From NCBI RefSeq assembly GCF_004010195.1, contig NC_057728.1:49937308-49988390 (forward strand): a stretch of DNA of 51,083 nt, read 5' to 3'. Positions 46,966-51,083 of this stretch are shown here, piece by piece. A program made the position numbers and the translations under genes. The first letter of the stretch is position 1. Every line of letters begins with the position of its first letter. The notes under the pieces were generated by a model. The model was given only the letters and a program-made list of their open reading frames with translations. It was not told the origin of the DNA and did no database searches. This DNA is from Chiloscyllium plagiosum. Its lineage: Eukaryota.

Positions 46966-47739
46966 CTTCCAACTAAACCTGTTGGACTATAACCTGGTGT
47001 TGTGTGATTTTAATTTTGTACTCTCAACAGTAAAATATTCCCAACATCAGGATGTTCCCAGAACTGAAACATTTAAACCCTGGAACACTCCTAGAGCTGG
47101 AACACTCAGAGTAACATGTTTGATAGCTGCTTCTATAATCCAGTTTCAAACCTCATTTGATAAATGTCCCTGTGAAATTCTCTGGGATACCTTACTGCAT
47201 TAAAGGTTGCTCCTTAATTGTGAGTAGTTTTTTTTTCTCTGCTCCTAGTTTCAGAGACATGTGGGTTTTTAAAATCTCCTCACTGTATTTTTGGCTTTTC
47301 AAGGATTTGCTGTGCCTCTGCATTCCCCTCTTCACTGTCCTTGGGCTGTTAATCAGGCGTGGGTTCATGGACAGGCAAACAGATGCCTGAAGCGCATGGC
47401 CTTCTGTTGCCTGTCTATATTGATTATGACTTCTTCCCATTGGATAATTGGCTCCATTCTCCAAGGAAACTGCAGCCTCGTTGTTCACACTTCCAGTCTT
47501 GGCTGCAACACCTTTAATTATCCCTGTCAATTTTTAATTGATAAATTATCAATTATCATTTGGTGGCAAATGTGTGAATGCTATTCCAGCAGAACCTGAT
47601 TCCACAGCACCAAATGACAGGAGCTAGTGTTAAACCTGCTCTCCAAAAAAAGGCGAGTTAGAAATTTAAAATCTCAAGGCTAAGCCCAATCTGCATCCAA
47701 TTTGCCTGTCCTCTCGGAAGTTAAAAACAATTATGGTTT

Positions 47740-47980
47740 GGAAAAGAGCAGTGGAGATTGCCTTGGTGTTCTGGGCCAATATTTATCTCTCAAACAACCT
47801 CATTAAGACACAGATTATCTGATCATTATCACTTTACTGTTTGTGAGAGTTTGCCAAAGTACAAATTGGCTGCTGCAATACTTACTGCAGTGATTACATT
47901 TCACTGAAGAGAGTTCACTGGTTATAAAGTGCTTTGGAATGTACTGAGGGCATGGAATGCACTAAGTAAATATAAGTTCT
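47740..47980 (+). mobile_element. DeuSINE-like (SacSINE1/AmnSINE-type) SINE 3' half
   Basis: ggccaatatttatctctcaa...cagattatctgatcattatcac...aaattggctgc...aaagtgctttggaatgtactgagg. Confidence 0.65.
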
Positions 47981-48074
47981 GGATTGTTTCAGTGACCCTT
48001 CTTTAGAATGAAGAATTGCGGATGTTTTCAGAAACATTTTCTCTCATTCTTCTAAACTCCAGTGACTACAAGTG

Positions 48075-48200
48075 CTGATGAAGAGCTTATGATTGAAACT
48101 TCGACTCGTCTGCTCCTCGGATGTTGCCTGATCTGCTGTGCTTTTCCAGCACCACACTTTTTGACTCTGATCTCCAGCATCTTCAGTCCTCACTTTCTCT
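48075..48200 (+). mobile_element. PLE pLTR with degenerate hammerhead motif
   Basis: CTGATGAagagcttatgattGAAActtc...ctgctgtgcttttccagcacc...ctccagcatcttcagtcctcactttctc. Confidence 0.8.
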
Positions 48201-48749
48201 TCCTGACACACAAGTCCAACAAACCCAACCTCTTCTCATAAGAAAATATCTCCATACCCAGGATCAAACTGGTGAACATTCTCTGGTCCATCCCCAATGC
48301 CAGTACATCTTGCCTTCAATAAGGGGACTCAAATTTGTTACAGTGTTCCAGGTCTGCTCTGACTCATGCTGTCAGAGTCCAAATGGGTCCAGGACTTGAA
48401 CCATTAACTCTGTTTTTACTTTCACAGATGCTGCCAGGCTCGCTGAGTTTCTCTAGTATTATCTGCAACTGTTTCAGATTTCCAGCATCCACAGGTAAAT
48501 TTTGCCTTTATTCTGGTGTCTTGTTTCATTCTGACAAGACCTACCAAGTTTTATATCCCATTCCCTTTGAAATAAAGGATCCTGATATATTGCCTTCCCT
48601 ATTACCTGCTGACTTTAGAAGTGAGCTTTTTGTGATTCACAGACAAGGATTCCCAAACATTCTGCAGTTTTAACCCATGTCCCCAAGAATATTAACTTAG
48701 GCTGTTGGCTTTTTTCCTCAGTGATGTTACATCTACACCACTGGCATCC

Positions 48750-49727
48750 CCATTAACAAGTTTGGAAAAAAGAAACTTCACTTGAAGAAATTAAATCTCA
48801 CTCTAATAGAATAAATTTGTGGAAGCAGTCAGTCATAATCCCTTGTAATTGACTGCTGAGGGATGGATCAAACCTCACAACTCAAACTTGGCGATATGGT
48901 AGCCCAGTGATTAGCACTGCTCTCTCACAGCATGAGGGATCTGGATTCAATTCCACTTTTGGGTGACTGTGGAGTTTGCACATTTTCCCTGTGTCTGCAT
49001 GGGTTTCCTCCAGGCACTCGGGTTTCCTCCCACCCATCCAAAGACGTGCAGATTAGGTGGGCATGCTAAATTGTTGGGGGATGTGCAGGTTAGGTGGATT
49101 GGCCATGTTAGATTGTTCAGGGATGTGCCGGTTCAGGGGATTGGCCATGCTAAATTGTTCAGGGATGTGCCAGTTAGGTGGATTGGCTATGCTAAATTGT
49201 TCAGGGAGGTGCCGGTTCAGGGGATTGGCCATGCTAAACCATTAACAAGTTTGGAAAAAAGAAACTTCACTTGAAGAAATTAAATCTCACTCTAATAGAA
49301 TAAATTTGTGGAAGCAGTCAGTCATAATCCCTTGTAATTGACTGCTGAGGGATGGATCAAACCTCACAACTCAAACTTGGCGATATGGTAGCCCAGTGAT
49401 TAGCACTGCTCTCTCACAGCATGAGGGATCTGGATTCAATTCCACCTTTGGGTGACTGTGGAGTTTGCACATTTTCCCTGTGTCTGCATGGGTTTCCTCC
49501 AGGCACTCGGGTCTCCTCCCACCCATCCAAAGACGTGCAGATTAGGTGGGCATGCTAAATTGTTGGGGGATGTGCAGGTTAGGTGGATTGGCCACGCTAA
49601 ATTGTTCAGGGATGTGCCGGTTCAGGGGATTGGCCATGCTTAATTGTTCAGGGATGTGCCGGTTCAGGGGATTGGCCATGCTAAATTGTTCAGGGATGTA
49701 CCGGTTAGGTGGATTGGCCACGCTAAA
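48750..49727. repeat. Near-identical 489-bp tandem duplication (unique flank plus HE1 5' half)
   Basis: ccattaacaagtttggaaaaaagaaac starts at both 48750 and 49239. Confidence 0.93.
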
Positions 49728-49862
49728 TTGTTCAGGGATGTGCCGGTTCAGGGGATTGGCTATGCTAAATTGTTCAGGGAGGTGCCGGTTCAGGGGATTG
49801 GCCATGCTAAATTGTTCAGGGATGTGCCAGTTAGATGGATTGGCCATGCTAAATTGTTCAGG

Positions 49863-50088
49863 GATTTGGAGATGCTGGTGTTGGACTGGGCTGTATAAAG
49901 TTAAAAATCACACAACACCAGGTTATAGTCCAACAGGTTTAATTGGAAGCATACTAGCTTTCGGATCGTCGCTACTTCTTCAGGTGGTAGTACCACCTGA
50001 TGAAGGAGCGATGCTCCGAAAGCTAGTGTGCTTCCAATTAAACCTGTTGGATTACAATCTGGTGTTGTGTGATATTTAACTTTGTTCA
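49863..50088. mobile_element. Head-to-head PLE pLTR dimer, palindrome centred at 49990
   Basis: caggtggta-g-taccacctg centre with inverted arms of about 95 bp. Same family as 46794-47019. Confidence 0.88.
49994..50028 (+). ncRNA. Minimal hammerhead ribozyme motif
   Basis: cac-CTGATGA-a-ggagc-gat-gctcc-GAAA-gc-TA-gtg. Confidence 0.72.
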
Positions 50089-50449
50089 TGAATGTACAGG
50101 TTAGGTGGATTGGCCATGCTAAATTGTTCAGGGATGTGCCGGTTCAGGGGATTGGCCATGCTAAATTGTTCAGGGATGTGTAGACTTGATGGATCAGCCA
50201 GGGAAATGCAGGGTTACAGAGACTGGGTGAGATGCTCTGTGGAGGGTTGATTTGGACTTGATGGGCTGAATGACCTGCTTTCCCACTGTAGGAATTCTAT
50301 AATACAACATTTTGCTGAAAAACAGAGACATATTGCCAAAAACCTTCTATTTTGCACTCATCACGATGAACAAAAGATTGCTAAATTTCAAAACCACACC
50401 ATGATTTATAATAAAACATGAAACTGTCCTTTTTTTTGTTTGTTTGTTC

Positions 50450-51083
50450 ACTTTGAAGAGCAGGTGTGCATGCTGGAATGGATAGAGATAGAGGAAGCTG
50501 ATGTGCTGAAAATTTGTCAAACATTAAGATTCGCAAGTCACCAGGCCCGGACCAGATTTGTCCTCAGCTGCTTTGGGAAAAGAGAAATGCAATTCTTCAC
50601 CACTTGTGAAGATCTTTTCATCCTCGCTCTCCACTGGAGTCGTACCTGAGGACTGGAGGGAGGCAAATGTAATTCCTCTCTTCAAGAAAGGAAATAGGGA
50701 AATCCCCGGCAATTACAGACCAGTCAGTCTCACGTCTGTCGTCTGCAAGGTGTTAGAAAGGATTCTGAGGGATAGGATTTATGACCATCTGGAAGAACAT
50801 GGCTTGATTAAATGCAGTCAGCACGGCTTTGTGAGGGGAAGGTCATGCCTCACAAACCTTATCGAGTTCTTTGAGGATGTGACTAGAAAAGTTGATGAGG
50901 GTCGAGCTGTGGATGCGGTGTATATGGACTTCAGCAAGGCATTTGATAAGGTTCCCCATGGTAGGCTCATTCAGAAGGTCAGGAGGAATGGGATACAGGG
51001 AAATTTAGCTGTCTGGATACAGAATGGGCTGGTCGACAGAAGACAGTGAGTGGTACTGGAAGGAAAGTATTCTGCCTGGAAGT
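50450..51083 (+). mobile_element. Young 5'-truncated CR1 ORF2 (RT), continuing past the window edge
   Basis: ORF 50558-51049 reads VPEDWREANVIPLFKKG..PGNYRPVSLTSVVCK...QHGFVRGRSCLTNLIEFF...VYMDFSKAFDKVPH. It has an in-frame stop at 51047-51049. Confidence 0.95.

Larger units (their letters stand above)
46794..47019. mobile_element. Head-to-head PLE pLTR dimer with 14-bp TSD (1 mismatch)
   Basis: Inverted arms of about 95 bp. TSD actcccaacagtaa at 46780-46793 and actctcaacagtaa at 47020-47033. Confidence 0.88.
45750..47108. repeat. About 17-bp degenerate minisatellite (ctggaacactcccaaca) interrupted by three retroelement insertions
   Basis: Repeat units are visible at 45750-45863, 45986-46350, 46710-46793 and 47020-47108. 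Confidence 0.9.
48890..50300 (+). mobile_element. HE1-type SINE(s) with an internal 42-bp segment amplified into a minisatellite
   Basis: HE1 head and V-domain, then (gggatgtgccggttcaggggattggccatgctaaattgttca)n, then the tail cactgtaggaattctat at about 50300. Confidence 0.88.

Noticed and set aside
50558..51049. Functional reverse transcriptase gene
   Set aside because: 5'-truncated CR1 copy with an in-frame stop before the catalytic FADD motif.

Overview
Repeat-dense, apparently intergenic or deep-intronic eukaryotic DNA, most likely from a cartilaginous fish (shark). The organism call is an inference from HE1-type V-SINEs, abundant CR1 LINE 3' fragments, DeuSINE-like elements and shark-type Penelope-like elements (PLEs). 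I found no convincing host protein-coding exon: the long ORFs in the track are frame-preserving minisatellites or retroelement remnants. There is a 500-N assembly gap at 33975-34474. The main observations follow. (1) A decayed minus-strand env-like gene (about 31164-32909, split by a CR1 insertion and invisible in the ORF track) has class I fusion architecture: a mutated R-x-K-R site, fusion peptide, HR1, a Cys-rich block resembling paramyxovirus F, HR2, a Trp-rich stretch and a TM helix. A polypurine tract follows it, consistent with a lokiretrovirus-like endogenous element. (2) About a dozen minimal hammerhead-ribozyme motifs sit in at least four PLE-derived families, several inserted as palindromes with 12-14 bp target-site duplications. 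(3) Two insertions captured 55-60 bp inverted copies of DNA lying about 1 kb away. All family names come from manual pattern recognition, not database searches, and the boundaries of old repeats are approximate.
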